The notes under the pieces were generated by a model. It was not told the origin of the DNA. It did no database searches and worked only from the letters and a program-made list of their open reading frames with translations. A program made the position numbers and the translations under genes. Of a DNA stretch of 64,000 nucleotides, positions 31,144 through 41,735 are shown one piece after another. The DNA is from an uncultured Planctomycetota bacterium (lineage in GTDB: Bacteria > Planctomycetota > Planctomycetia > Gemmatales > Gemmataceae): the NCBI GenBank assembly GCA_963849325.1, contig CAWKHF010000005.1, positions 256,001 to 320,000 on the forward strand, in the 5' to 3' direction. Each line of letters starts with the position of its first letter. The stretch's first letter is position 1.

Positions 31144-32943
31144 CTACGGGCTGATTTCCGTCGCCAGGCGAATGTTCGGCGAGGCCATCATGGGGATGGA
31201 CAGGACCTTGCCGAGTACCTGCTTCTCGGCGGCGGGGCTTGTCACTTTCACCTTGACCAGCGTACCGCCGTCGCCCTGCATCTCCACAACCACATCACGG
31301 GCCTGTCTTCCGCAGGCATCCTGGACCTGTCGTTTCAGGTCCGCCACGCCAGGCGGCGGGAGCGCGGCGAGGGGCGGATTATGCGGCGCGGCCGCCGGTT
31401 CCTCGTCGAAGATGATGACACCGGGGTGTCCCGCGTTCGTCTCGGGCGGTCGCACGTCATACGCCGGCTTCCACCGACGCGGCGAATGGATCGGCGGCGC
31501 GTCAGCTGGTGTCGTCGGGCGCCATCACCTGGCGCGGCGGAGTGGGCGCGGCGAATGCGGAGTTGGTGGGCGGGACCGCGGGCTGCGGGTCCGGCGGCGG
31601 CGGAGTAAGCGAGGCCATCGGCGGCAGCGCTCTCGACGGGCCGGGCGTGGTTGCGGTCTCCGGAGCGTCCATGCTTCGGACAGTGGACGGCGGAGCAACC
31701 GTCGGCTTCGCCGCGACGGGGATTGCCGGAGGAGGTATCGGGGCCGGTCGCGGAACATCCGGCGCCTTCACCACGGGTTTCGTCTCCATCGGCGGCGTTG
31801 CCGCGGGTGCTGTCACGGGTTTCGTTCGCATCTGCGATTCCCAGGTCATCGCGGGTCGGTCCCCCGTCGGAGCCGCGACCGTTAGGGAGCGGTTGTGCCC
31901 GCTCCCTAACGGTCGCGGCTCGGTAGTCGGAGCCGCGACCGTTAGGGAGCGGGGGTTGCCTCCGCTCCCTGACGGTCGCGGCTCGGTAGTTTTCTCCCAG
32001 CGGGCCGGCGGCTTCGGGGCGGTCAGGACATCTGCGGTGCCGGACTTGGGGCCGACGCCGGATGCGGCAGGCTCGGCCCTGGTGTCCGAGGTATCCGGCT
32101 TGCTCGCCTTGACAGGTTGGATGGTCGTATCGGCGCCGTGCCCGGTAGGGGACGATGCCGGGCGAGCGTCGGCCGTCCGCGGCGCGCCCGGCGAAGGCAA
32201 ACGCAGGTCGTCCCGCCGGGCGTGGAGCATGCTCGGCGTCGCGGTCGCCGGCCGCGATGCCAGGCTGCCCAGGGCCGCCATCGGCACCATCTGCGAACCG
32301 TCCTTCGTCACCTGTACCAGCCGCTGACCGTCGCGCAGGACCGGCTCGAGATTCAACTGATTGACGACGCCGGAGCAGCCGGGCAACTGCCGAAACAACC
32401 GGCTGACGGCCACCTTTTCCTCGACGGAGCCGACCGGGCCGCTCACCGTGACCAGACCGTTGGCGTGCGCCTCGACGTGCATCTGTCGGCCGGCCTCGCC
32501 GAGTTCCTTGGCCAGTAGTTCGGCGCCTTCCTTTTGCAGGATCTCGACGCGGGGCGACGGCCGCAGGCTCAGGTTGGCCTGGATCTTCACGCCGTCCATC
32601 ACCTTCAGGAAGGTGTTCCAGCGGACCAGCTCCAGGGCGCGCTGCTTGACCATCTCATTGGGCACGAAGCCGCGCACTTCCAGGTATTCGCCGGCGGCTG
32701 CGGGCGTTGAGATAGTAAGGAAAGGTGATGCTGTCCGACAGCAGCGCCAGCTGCACCTTCATCTCTTCCAGGCGGCTTGGCCCTTGCGAGGGGATGACGC
32801 TTTTCTCGTGCGGTCCCTCCGGAGCCGGCGCTCTGCGGGCCGCGGAAGGGGTAGGAAATGCCTTGCGCCGGCGCTGGGCGCGCCAGGCCCACAACACCGG
32901 CCGCCAGGAGAATGCTGACGGCACGTCGCAGCGCCCTACGCAT
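31144..32943 (-). CDS. Secreted BON-domain protein with Pro-rich linker; frameshifts near 32700 and 31510
   Basis: Signal peptide MRRALRRAVSILLAAG, BON-like VEAHANGLVTVSGPVGSVEEKVAVSR..PGCSGVVNQL, and a C-terminal domain in ORF 31144-31455. Confidence 0.7.
31870..31984. repeat. Two tandem family B palindromes inside the BON-protein coding frame
   Basis: Copies at 31870-31921 and 31930-31984, translated as TTEPRPSGSGGNPRSLTVAAP and [20 protein letters not shown]. Confidence 0.9.
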
Positions 32944-32955
32944 GACAAACTCCTT

Positions 32956-33042
32956 AGTTCTGAGTTCTGAGTTCTGAGTTCTGAGTGAAAAAAGTATTGT
33001 CTTCACTCAGAACTCAGAACTCAGAACTCAGAACTCAGAACT
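32956..33042. repeat. Inverted heptamer tandem repeat
   Basis: (AGTTCTG)x4...(CAGAACT)x5 around an AT-rich loop. Confidence 0.9.
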
Positions 33043-33057
33043 GACGAAGTACTTGGA

Positions 33058-33623
33058 TTATTGGTTGAGCAGGTCGCGGCTGACGTCGCGCTGCACCTCC
33101 GGGTTGGGGCAGGGATACAGGTGCAGGTGGTCGAGGTCGATGTACACGACCTCGGCAGCGCGGCCGAACGCAGCGGAACGGGAAGGGGTAGCCCGACTCG
33201 ATGGTCTCGGTGTAGTAGATGGTGCATTTCCAGTGGCAGTGGTGCAGCTGGGCCGGCCCGATGAGCGGGAAGAAGCGCGGCGGATCGATCTTGTCCACGA
33301 TGCGCTCGGTCACGATCTGGATGTTGTCGCGGAACTCCTCGTAAAAGTAGGGCACGCCGCGATGCACGTGCGGCATGGCGCGGAGGATGCGAGCCTCGTC
33401 GGGCGGATCCTCGCACAACGGCGGCGGGAAGCCTTCGCGGATGGGCGGCATGATCGGCGTGCGGAAGTCGTTCTTCCAGCAGTATTTCTCCTCCATGCGC
33501 TCCGTTACCCACGGCGGGACGGGAATGGGCGTGGCCAGGCCCATCGAGAAGGGCTAGCAACCGCTCAACCCCAGCCGGCGCCAGCGCCAGGACGGCCAGC
33601 ACCAGGGTACGCACCGTTCTCAT
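33058..33623 (-). CDS. Conserved hypothetical exported protein, frameshifts
   Basis: MRTVRTLVLAVLALAPAG signal, then TPIPVPPW...DKIDPPRFFPLIGPAQLHHCHWKC. Confidence 0.65.
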
Positions 33624-33852
33624 GCCCCTCTCCCTTCCTGCTGAACCCCCGTCCTGCGCCCCCAACCACGGGCGCGACCCATGATGCAGGAAGTATCGGA
33701 GCCTGCTGCGTTAACGACTTTAGCGGTTCGTTCGATTGCAAGGGAGATGGAACGGCGAGACGAGGGGTCGTCCAAGTAGCCCCAGTAGGAGCGCATTGAC
33801 GGCAGCTTGCGGCTTAGCGTGATCGCCACGCTCGCCAGGTTGCGAAAAGGAC

Positions 33853-34820
33853 TCAACGCCGACTCGTGCGGCTCCACCAGCTTCGCCATTTTTCCTGGGC
33901 CTCGGCGATTTGCTCTTTGCTCGCGTCCGGCGGTGGGACCAAAGTCCTCGCCGCGGCTGAGCTTGACCAGGGCGTCGTGGGCGGCGCCGCGGACCTCGTC
34001 CTGCTCGTCGGCCAGCAGGTCGATCAGCTCGCCGGCCAGGCGCGGCATCTGGTTGACGACGACGCGCACGGCCGCCCTGCGTACCTCGGCCAACTCATCG
34101 CCGAGCTTTTCCTTGACGACCTCCGGGGTCTGTCGCGACAGGTGGCCGTAGAGCAGATCGCGGCCGAGCTTCTGAGTGTCCTTGTCGTAGCTGCCGGCGG
34201 CATTGGCCAGGCCGGGCAGCACTTCCTTGCCGCGGCGGTTCGACAGTTCGGTAAGGAGCAATTGCAGCCGCGGGACCGCGTTCGCTGCTGGCGGCGTCGG
34301 CCAGTTCGCCGACGCTCATGGCGCGCGGCGACTTCGGTCCCGCCTTGGGCTGCCGGGCCAGGGCGTTCTTGCGCAGCATGACGCCGACGCGAAGATCTTG
34401 CAGCACGCCGGCATGTCGGGTCCGGCCAACGCCGGCGCCGATGTTGTCGCGGGCGAACTCGAGCAGTTCTTGATCGTCCGAGGCCGCCAGCAGACGGCCG
34501 AGTTTCTGAGCGATGACCACGACGGGACAACTGTGCTCGATCTGCGCCGCCCGGTTCAAGCCGCGGATCAGGGCCGGAATCGCCTGCGATTCCGAGGTCC
34601 TTAAAGTCTTTCAAAGCCTTGCGCGGCGTCCGCGCCCTTCAAACGGCCGATGTCGTAGAGCATGAAGCGGTCGATGATCTCATCGAGCTTGTCCTCCTCC
34701 TCCTTGGTGAGATAGGGCAGGCTGGGGGCGTAGGGGCTGTGCTTGGGCTTCTCCTTGGCGGACGGCGTGTCGGCGGCGCCGAAGACGGCGAGCGTGAGGA
34801 CGAGCAGAGTGGTGGATCAT
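33853..34820 (-). CDS. Secreted HEAT-repeat protein, several frameshifts
   Basis: Helical repeats EKLGDELAEVRRAAV and LIDLLADEQDEVRGAAHDALVKLSRGEDFGP; upstream segment DKLDEIIDRFMLYDIGRL. Confidence 0.6.
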
Positions 34821-35001
34821 CGACGGCTCTCCTGGCAATGACAGAGGATCTCGGGAGGAAGAGCGTCCGAGAAAAGCACGCCTTGAGTTTACCGTGCCGC
34901 CGCCGCCTCCGCAATTCGCAATCGCCTCTCATTTTCTCTTCAGTGGATGCTGGATAGACTGGAAGTACCGTCCGATTGCTTTCCGACGAGAAGGAGTCCC
35001 C

Positions 35002-35673
35002 ATGAATCGTTTTCCGTTTCGGTCGGGCCGTCGCGCCTTCCTGAGCGCGGCCGCCCTGGGCGCCGCTGCCTTCACGACGCGCGGCCTGTTTGCCGAGGAG
35101 TTGGCCCTGGTCCGCACACCGCGGCAGACCGAAGGCCCGTTCTATCCCAACAAGCTGCCGCTGGATACCGACAACGACCTGCTGATCGTCAACGACTCGA
35201 TCACGCCGGCCGTCGGCACGATCACTCACCTGGGCGGCCGCATCCTCGACGCCAGGGGCAACCCGGTGCGCAACGCCCTGGTCGAGATCTGGCAATGCGA
35301 TAACAAGGGCGTCTACCTGCACACCGGCGATTCCGGCCGCCGCGAGCGCGACGCCAACTTCCAGGGCTTCGGTCGTTTCCTGACCGGCTCCAGCGGCGAG
35401 TATTATTTCCGCACCATCAAGCCGGTCCCCTACCCCGGCCGCACGCCGCACATTCACTTCAAGATCAAGAAGGGCGAGAAGGAGCTGCTCACGACGCAGT
35501 GTTATATCAAGGGCGAGCCGCGCAACGAGCGCGACGGCATCTTCCGCAGCCTCCGCGATGTCAAGGCGCGCGACGCCGTTCTCGTGGCCTTCGCGCCGCT
35601 GAAGGAGTCGCGCATCGGCGAGGTGGCGGCGAAATTCGACGTGGTGCTCGGCTGGACGCCGGAGAGCAAGTAG
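35002..35673 (+). CDS. Intradiol ring-cleavage dioxygenase (PcaH-like) with Tat signal
   Basis: SGRRAFL, TEGPFY, EIWQCDNKGVY and PVPYPGRTPHIHFK (Fe ligands). Confidence 0.88.
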   Translation: MNRFPFRSGRRAFLSAAALGAAAFTTRGLFAEELALVRTPRQTEGPFYPNKLPLDTDNDLLIVNDSITPAVGTITHLGGRILDARGNPVRNALVEIWQCDNKGVYLHTGDSGRRERDANFQGFGRFLTGSSGEYYFRTIKPVPYPGRTPHIHFKIKKGEKELLTTQCYIKGEPRNERDGIFRSLRDVKARDAVLVAFAPLKESRIGEVAAKFDVVLGWTPESK

Positions 35674-35684
35674 GCCAAGAGAAG

Positions 35685-35733
35685 CTCGTTCGTCCTCGTT
35701 CCCAAGCTCTGCTTGGGAACGAGGACGAACGAG
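35685..35733. repeat. Palindrome of CTCGTTCCCAAGC type
   Basis: CTCGTTCGTCCTCGTTCCCAAGC-TCT-GCTTGGGAACGAGGACGAACGAG, perfect arms. Confidence 0.85.
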
Positions 35734-35882
35734 GACGACTCCCCAAATCCACGCACGCACCCGAGCAACGGTTCCTTCCGCCTTTTTCCTCCTTTTGTGC
35801 TCCCGATGGCGCGGTACACTGGGCAAGGAAAGGTGGAACTCGGGTGCGCGCCGAATAGAGGATGCCGATAAGGAGCCGTGCT

Positions 35883-36113
35883 ATGCAACTGACCAAAGAA
35901 CAACTGAAGGCCGTCCGTGGGGGGAAACCCGTGCGGCTGAACGAAGAGGGCACGGAACTGGTGGTGGTGTGCGCCGATGTGTTCGAGCGTTTGCGCGGCT
36001 TCCAGTACGACGATAGCCCCTGGAGCGACGAGGAGTTGGACTTGCTGGCGGCGGAAGACGCCGACGCGCTCGGCTGGGAGGGAATGGAAGCCTATCAAGG
36101 CGACGAGCAATGA
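35883..36113 (+). CDS. Small acidic protein, antitoxin-like
   Basis: AAGGAG RBS; MQLTKEQ...WEGMEAYQGDEQ; ATGA overlap with the toxin-like remnant. Confidence 0.6.
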   Translation: MQLTKEQLKAVRGGKPVRLNEEGTELVVVCADVFERLRGFQYDDSPWSDEELDLLAAEDADALGWEGMEAYQGDEQ

Positions 36114-36189
36114 ACCTGGCTAACGGAGATGACACCCTGGCCTGCTTCCCACATGCTTACTGGCGGCAGGAGCAAGAATCGCCCCGCGA
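36110..36189 (+). pseudogene. PemK/MazF-like toxin 5' remnant
   Basis: MNLANGDDTLACFPHA then, after a +1 shift, TGGRSKNRPA; resembles the GD..L..FP...G..K.RPA N-terminus. Confidence 0.45.
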
Positions 36190-36235
36190 CAGGCCGAAGC
36201 ATGTGATGTACATTGGAAGGGGGCGAGTCGAGGAC

Positions 36236-36577
36236 ATGGCCGAACCGCGGACAGCGAAGCAGGTGATCGACCAGGCGATTCGGGAAAACCGCTGGGCTTC
36301 CTTTCTTTGCTATGCGCTCGTCATTCTCTTCGCGGTCGCTGGGCTGGCCGTGCTGATTTGGGGGGCATTCTCCAGGGAAGGACTTGTGTCCTTAGCCGGC
36401 AGTGTCGCCAGCATGTTGTTCTGGCCGGCGTTGAGTCAGGCGCGACAGATTCGGGAGCTTAACCTGAGTATCCGCCTCTTGGAGATCCCCTTGTCGAGCA
36501 CAGACAATGCCAAAGAGGCCGCCGATGCGTTGCGGGTCGTTTTCCTGCAACGGTTCCAGATAAAGGAGCCGCGATGA
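36236..36577 (+). CDS. Hypothetical two-TM membrane protein
   Basis: GAGGA RBS, MAEPRTAKQ and two hydrophobic segments. Confidence 0.6.
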   Translation: MAEPRTAKQVIDQAIRENRWASFLCYALVILFAVAGLAVLIWGAFSREGLVSLAGSVASMLFWPALSQARQIRELNLSIRLLEIPLSSTDNAKEAADALRVVFLQRFQIKEPR

Positions 36578-36882
36578 ATCCCTTTAAGCCGAGGCGCACA
36601 TTTGAGTCCGTGGTACGCGAGTTGGTCGCCGGCCTGGAAGACGGCGCCATCGTCTTGGGCAAAGATGCCGGCACACCTCCGCCCGAGAAACGAACCGACG
36701 CGATCTTTCTGTTCAGTAACTCTCTCGGGATGAGGATGAAAGCGAGCCCTCATCCCTCTCGGACCAAGCGCTGTCATAGGTTCGTCGCTGAATGGGTCAG
36801 CTTGGATCTTCAGTCAAGGCAAAACCTCCCCCTTGATTTCAACTCCAATCAGGCACTGAAGGTCTTTCAGGTTTCGAGATAG
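36574..36882 (+). CDS. Hypothetical protein (3' half doubtful)
   Basis: AAGGAG RBS and ATGA overlap with the previous gene. Confidence 0.35.
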   Translation: MNPFKPRRTFESVVRELVAGLEDGAIVLGKDAGTPPPEKRTDAIFLFSNSLGMRMKASPHPSRTKRCHRFVAEWVSLDLQSRQNLPLDFNSNQALKVFQVSR

Positions 36883-36921
36883 TCGCTCTCATGACAACAG
36901 GACGTTGGGAAGGGATCGAGT

Positions 36922-37221
36922 ATGACTTTGACCCCGGAGCAGCAAGAATCGGTCAAGAAGTGGCTTGAGGAAAAGCTTGGCATGCGGAGTTGTCCCTCCT
37001 GCGGCCAACTGCAAGGCTTTACGGTAGGCGCGATCATTGCCGCGCCGATCGTGAAGGTGACCGGCGAGGGTATGACTGTCGATAGCGAGAACTCAGTGCC
37101 CTTCGTGCCCCTCGCCTGTCGAAACTGCGGGGATACTCGTCTCTTTTCGGCAATCGTTATGGGCCTTATCCCGGAGGGCGGACGCATGGACGTAGTAATT
37201 GATGGCGGATCGGATTGGTGA
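36922..37221 (+). CDS. Small Zn-ribbon-like hypothetical protein
   Basis: CPSCG and CRNCG pairs. Confidence 0.65.
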   Translation: MTLTPEQQESVKKWLEEKLGMRSCPSCGQLQGFTVGAIIAAPIVKVTGEGMTVDSENSVPFVPLACRNCGDTRLFSAIVMGLIPEGGRMDVVIDGGSDW

Positions 37222-37314
37222 GGACAAGCTAGTCACGGCCTAAGTAGGGCCGCAGACCGGCCACGAGGCGAACCGTCTCCACGCGGACCCGCACGGAGGT
37301 GCGAAGGAAGAGCG

Positions 37315-39531
37315 TTACGCCGCCAGAGGCGGCGATGTCGTCGCTTCGGCTTCGTCCAGCAGCAAGCGGGCGATGCGCTCCACTTCCTCCCGCAGCTCGT
37401 TTAGCTGTCGTTCATCCTGTTCGTGGACCAGCTGCCAGTGGCGTAGCTCGTGTCGGCGCTGCTGCTCCAGGTCGGCCGAGGCGGCTTGACGTTCCTCCCA
37501 CTCGGCGACTTGACGCATCCACTCCTCATGCCGGGCGACCAAACCTTCCTCCTGCTCGCCGATGCGGCCGGCGCGGTGGTTGAGGCGTTTCGTCTCGGCC
37601 TTGAGGGCGGCGCGTTCGCGGGCCAGCTCGCGTTCCTCGGCCTGGATGTGGGCGAGATGACGGCGGCGCAGACGTTCCAGGCGCTTGTCGGTGCCCGGTG
37701 TGTCGGCCGAGCGACGAAGCAGCTCCTGGCGAAGCTGCTCCAGAGCGAGCGTCCGAGCGGCCAGGTCGCGCTGGCCGCGGATCAACTCCGCTCGGCGGTC
37801 CTGGCACTCCTGCCACAACAGCGTGTAATCGTGACGCATCTGCTCGTGAAGTGTGCGGGCCTGGCGTAGCTCCTCCATCTCCTGGCCGCGCCGGCGGACG
37901 TGCTTTTGACGCAGCTCCTCCAGCCGTCGCGTCCGGGCCTCGGCCAGTTCCTCACGGCCGCGCACGTCGGCGAGGAGCATCACGCGCTCGTTGTCCAGGA
38001 ACGTCTCGCGGGCGGTCAGGCGAGCGTGCCACGCCTCCAGGGAACAACGGACCTCGAACAGTGCCTCCTGACGACGGCGCAGGTCCGTCTCGCTGGCGGC
38101 CAACGCCTGCTCTCGACTGTCGAGGCGCCATTCGCGCTGCACCAGTTCGCGCGCCGACGCCTCGAACTCGGCGAGGATCGCCGACCGCTGCGGTCCCCAG
38201 CTCTCCTGTAGCTCCAGCAGGTGTTGCCATTGTTCGAGCAGATGGCGGCGCTGGTCGGCCAGATCACCAGCCAGGCGCGCCAGCACGCGCGGCACGTCCG
38301 GCTCGCGCCGGCGGACGATCGCAGCCGGCGCCTCCGCTTCCGCCTGCTCCTGTCCGGCCGCCGGTGTCTCTTGCTTCTCCTGGGCCAGCAGCTTGAGACG
38401 CTGATTGCGGATGCGAGTGTCGAGTCCCTCAGTCTCCTTGCGCAGCTGGAGGTGCAGCTGCTCGGCGAGTCGTTTCTGTTCGGCCAGCGCCTGCTCGGCC
38501 CCGGCCACGGCCGCCTCGCGCCGGTCCAGGTCGCGCAGGCGCCGCGTCCGCTCCGCTTGCTCCTGGTTCAGACACGCCTCCCACTGCTGCTGAGCCAATC
38601 CCAACTGCTGCCATTCGTCCTGCAATTGGCGGCGGCCCAGCTCGACCTCGCCGTTGAAACGCAGCTGGGCCTGGGTCAGCCGGACGCGCTCGCGCTGCAG
38701 TTCGGCCGCGTCCTGCTCGGCCTTGACTCGCCGCGCTTCCGCCTCGCGCTCGCGGCGCCGCAAGTCGGTCTCATGGGTCTGCCAGTGTTTGCGCCAGCGC
38801 TTCTTGAGCCGCTTGCGCAGCTCGACCAAGCGCCGGCGTTCCTTGCCGGCCTGCTGAAGCTCGTGCCGGACGGCTTCACGCTCCTTCTCCAAGGCCGCGC
38901 GCACTTCCTCGTTCTGCCGTCGGGCCGCGTCGGCCTCGGCCTTGAGGGCGGCGCGGTCCTGTCGCGCCTGTTCGCGCAGGTCGAGAAGTTCCTGGCGGCG
39001 CTCGTCGAGGTGGGTCGCCAGCTGTTCCTTCTGGCGCTGCAGCGCCTTGCGCCGCTGCTGAAGCTGGTTCTCTTCCTCGGCCAACTCGGCCTGCTGGGCG
39101 GCGACCGCCGCCGCCTGGATGCGCAGGGCGTCGCGTTCGGCGCGCAGCGACGCCTCCCCGAGCGGCGGTTCGGGCAATTCCTCGGACGCCGGCAGCTGGA
39201 CGCGGAACTGGAACGGGCCGACGGTGAGGACGTCGTCGTGGTGTAAGGGAACGTCCTGGATCGCTTCGCCGTTGAGGAAGGTGCCGCGGACGCTGCCCAG
39301 GTCGCGCAACTGGAAGCCGGCCGGGCCATGCACGATGGCGCAGTGCAGCGGGTTGACGCCCTCGACGTTGAGGTGAAACTCGCAGGCCGGATCGCGGCCG
39401 ATCAGCGTCAGCGCCGGGGCCAGCGCCCGGCGCGTACCGCGCAGTCGGCCGTTCTGCACCACCAGCTCGCCCAGCGCCGCGGGAGGAGAATCATCGCCAG
39501 ACTCGGGCGGCGAGAGGGGATTGGGTTCCAT
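37315..39531 (-). CDS. FHA-domain protein with a very long coiled coil
   Basis: IGRDPAC..HCAI..DLGSVRGTFLNG, followed by about 600 aa of E/R/Q/L-rich heptads. Confidence 0.85.
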   Translation of the reverse strand: MEPNPLSPPESGDDSPPAALGELVVQNGRLRGTRRALAPALTLIGRDPACEFHLNVEGVNPLHCAIVHGPAGFQLRDLGSVRGTFLNGEAIQDVPLHHDDVLTVGPFQFRVQLPASEELPEPPLGEASLRAERDALRIQAAAVAAQQAELAEEENQLQQRRKALQRQKEQLATHLDERRQELLDLREQARQDRAALKAEADAARRQNEEVRAALEKEREAVRHELQQAGKERRRLVELRKRLKKRWRKHWQTHETDLRRREREAEARRVKAEQDAAELQRERVRLTQAQLRFNGEVELGRRQLQDEWQQLGLAQQQWEACLNQEQAERTRRLRDLDRREAAVAGAEQALAEQKRLAEQLHLQLRKETEGLDTRIRNQRLKLLAQEKQETPAAGQEQAEAEAPAAIVRRREPDVPRVLARLAGDLADQRRHLLEQWQHLLELQESWGPQRSAILAEFEASARELVQREWRLDSREQALAASETDLRRRQEALFEVRCSLEAWHARLTARETFLDNERVMLLADVRGREELAEARTRRLEELRQKHVRRRGQEMEELRQARTLHEQMRHDYTLLWQECQDRRAELIRGQRDLAARTLALEQLRQELLRRSADTPGTDKRLERLRRRHLAHIQAEERELARERAALKAETKRLNHRAGRIGEQEEGLVARHEEWMRQVAEWEERQAASADLEQQRRHELRHWQLVHEQDERQLNELREEVERIARLLLDEAEATTSPPLAA

Positions 39532-39628
39532 GCAGGGGATCCTCAGATGGCGCGATGCGGAGTCTTCTCCACTATCGGCCGACGATCCCTGCGAAGTTGA
39601 GGACGGGCGGACGCTTCGTCGAAACCCG

Positions 39629-39686
39629 TAGCCGCGACGCGCAGCGGAGCGCGGGCACTCCCGCGCTCCGCTGCGCGTCGCGGCTA
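39629..39686. repeat. REP-like palindrome, family A
   Basis: TAGCCGCGACGCGCAGCGGAGCGCGGG...CCCGCGCTCCGCTGCGCGTCGCGGCTA. Confidence 0.9.
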
Positions 39687-39725
39687 ACGAGCGGTCTGGG
39701 CGATTCGACGAGCAGTGATCGGCGC

Positions 39726-40064
39726 TCACGATTCCAGGGCGCGGTTGAGCATCTTGACCAGGTTGTCCATCGGCTGGTTGCCGATTTGCTTGTCGATCGG
39801 CTGATCGCCGCCCTTGAAGAGCAGGACCTGGGGGATGGCGGAAATGCCGTACTTGACGGCGATTTCGGGGGCTTCGTCGGTGTTGAGCTTGCCGACCTTG
39901 ACCTTGCCGGCGAACTGGTCGGCGATCTTGTCGATCGTCGGCGCCAGCATCCGGCACGGACCGCACCAGACGGCCCAGAAGTCCACCAGGACGGGTTTCT
40001 CGCTCTGCACGACTTCCTTTTCCCAGTTCGCCGCCGTCAGCTCGATCACGTTGGCGCTCGCCAT
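39726..40064 (-). CDS. trxA: Thioredoxin
   Basis: VLVDFWAVWCGPCRMLAP. Confidence 0.95.
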   Translation of the reverse strand: MASANVIELTAANWEKEVVQSEKPVLVDFWAVWCGPCRMLAPTIDKIADQFAGKVKVGKLNTDEAPEIAVKYGISAIPQVLLFKGGDQPIDKQIGNQPMDNLVKMLNRALES

Positions 40065-40205
40065 GCCCTTCCGCCTTTCTGAAATCGCGTTCCTCGGTTG
40101 ATTGCCACGGGAGGTTCGCACCCGTCTTTATCGACATTATACGGAGGCGGCGTCAAGTGGCACAACGCGGACACTCCGGCCGAAGCGCGGACACGGGGAA
40201 GATGG

Positions 40206-41667
40206 TCAGCTCAGGGGGTACAGCGGCCTGCGGATGTGCCGGTAGGTGAAGCGCTCGGGATTGACGGCGGTAAGTCCCGGCGTGTCCACTTCGAGGATGG
40301 TGCCGGCGAGAGGAGCGTAAGCCGCCTTGTAGGCGATGGCCGCCTTGACGACGAGGATGCGCTGCTCGTGCGGCCGAATGCCCAGGCAGGTGAGCTGGCC
40401 GAGACTGAACGGCGGATGCCGCAGCGAGTTGAGGACGAGCCAGTTGCGGCCGGGCAATTCGACCAGGGCGGTGGCGCCCATGTGGTTGAGGCGCCGGCCG
40501 CCGTGCCGCACTTCCGGCTCGATGTAGGTGCCCTCGTGCAAGCAGACGGACGCGGCCCGTCAGCGACAACGGTTCGCCGTGCAGCCGATCGACCTTGCCG
40601 CCAACCGTCAGCGACACGTCGGCCTCGACGCCCGCCGCGGCGCAGTGCCGGACTTCCTCGGGTGCATACAGGCAGACAACGCTGTCGGTCGCGCCCTGCC
40701 GCAGCAGCTCGCGCAACAGCGTGGTGCCGTCGCCGGCGGAGCCGCCGCCGACGTTATCGCCGGTATCGACCAGCACGACCGGCCGTTTCTCGGCGCAGCG
40801 CCTCGGCGACCGCCGTCGCCGCATCCGGCAACGGCATGGCGAACTGCTCGCGCGCCTGCCACAAATCCTCCGCCAGCCGATCCGCGGCGCGGCGAGCGTA
40901 GCTCGGGATCGCCGTCGGCGACGACGAGGACCGACGGACCCATCTGCGGCACGTCGGCGTAGGCGAAGCCGGGCAGCAGGCTGACGGCGAGGATGCCCGG
41001 CTCCCGCTCCAGGGCACGGGCCGCTTCCATGAAGGGACGCAGCGGCGGCCGCGAGGTGTCGTGGGCCATGATGTTGACGAGCAGCGGCGGTTTCGCCAGC
41101 GCCAGGCATGGCCGGACCTCGCCGCGCAAGCGGCGCACCAGCAGATGGGCCGCGCGCCGGCCGCACTCGCGCTGATCGACGTGCGGGCAAGTGCGATACG
41201 CCACGGCCACGTCGCAATGATCGACCAGGCGCTGCGACAGGTTGCCGTGCAGGTCGAGCGTGACAGCGATGGGCAATTCGCGGCCGACGGCACGGCGCAG
41301 GCGGGCCAGCACCTCGCCGTCGGCGTCGAGATGCGATGACGCCACCATCGCCCCGTGCAGGGCGAGTAGCAAGCCGTCCGGCCGGCTGGCGCGGAGCAGG
41401 TCGCACAGGCGCTCCGGTGATTTCGTCGAAGACCGCATCCGTCACCGGCCCGGCCGGCGTCGCCCAGGCCATCAGCAGCGGCACCGGCTCGAAACCCTCG
41501 ATGCTCGCCGCCTCGATGAAACCGCCGACCTCGTGGTGCGCGTCGCGCCACTCGCCGAGCAGGTCGGCGCCGGCGGTCAGGCTCTGGGCGGTGAAGGCGG
41601 CGCGGTCGGTGAGCAGGGGATTGAAGGTGTTCGACTCGTGCATGAAGCCGGCGATGGCGAGGCGCAT
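40206..41667 (-). CDS. M81-family (MlrC-like) metallopeptidase, several frameshifts
   Basis: HESNTF, LALHGAM, LDLHGN, PHVD, DTGDNVGGG and ILVVKAAI across frames. Confidence 0.85.
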
Positions 41668-41735
41668 GATCGCCCCTCGGCGAGGGAAAAAGGCGAACCC
41701 TATCGTGCCAGGAAAGCCGTGCTCTTCTCGGGATC

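Noticed and set aside
37315-40137. 940-aa ORF as a single protein
   Set aside because: The 5' part is an off-frame read of trxA plus a REP; the real start is likely 39531
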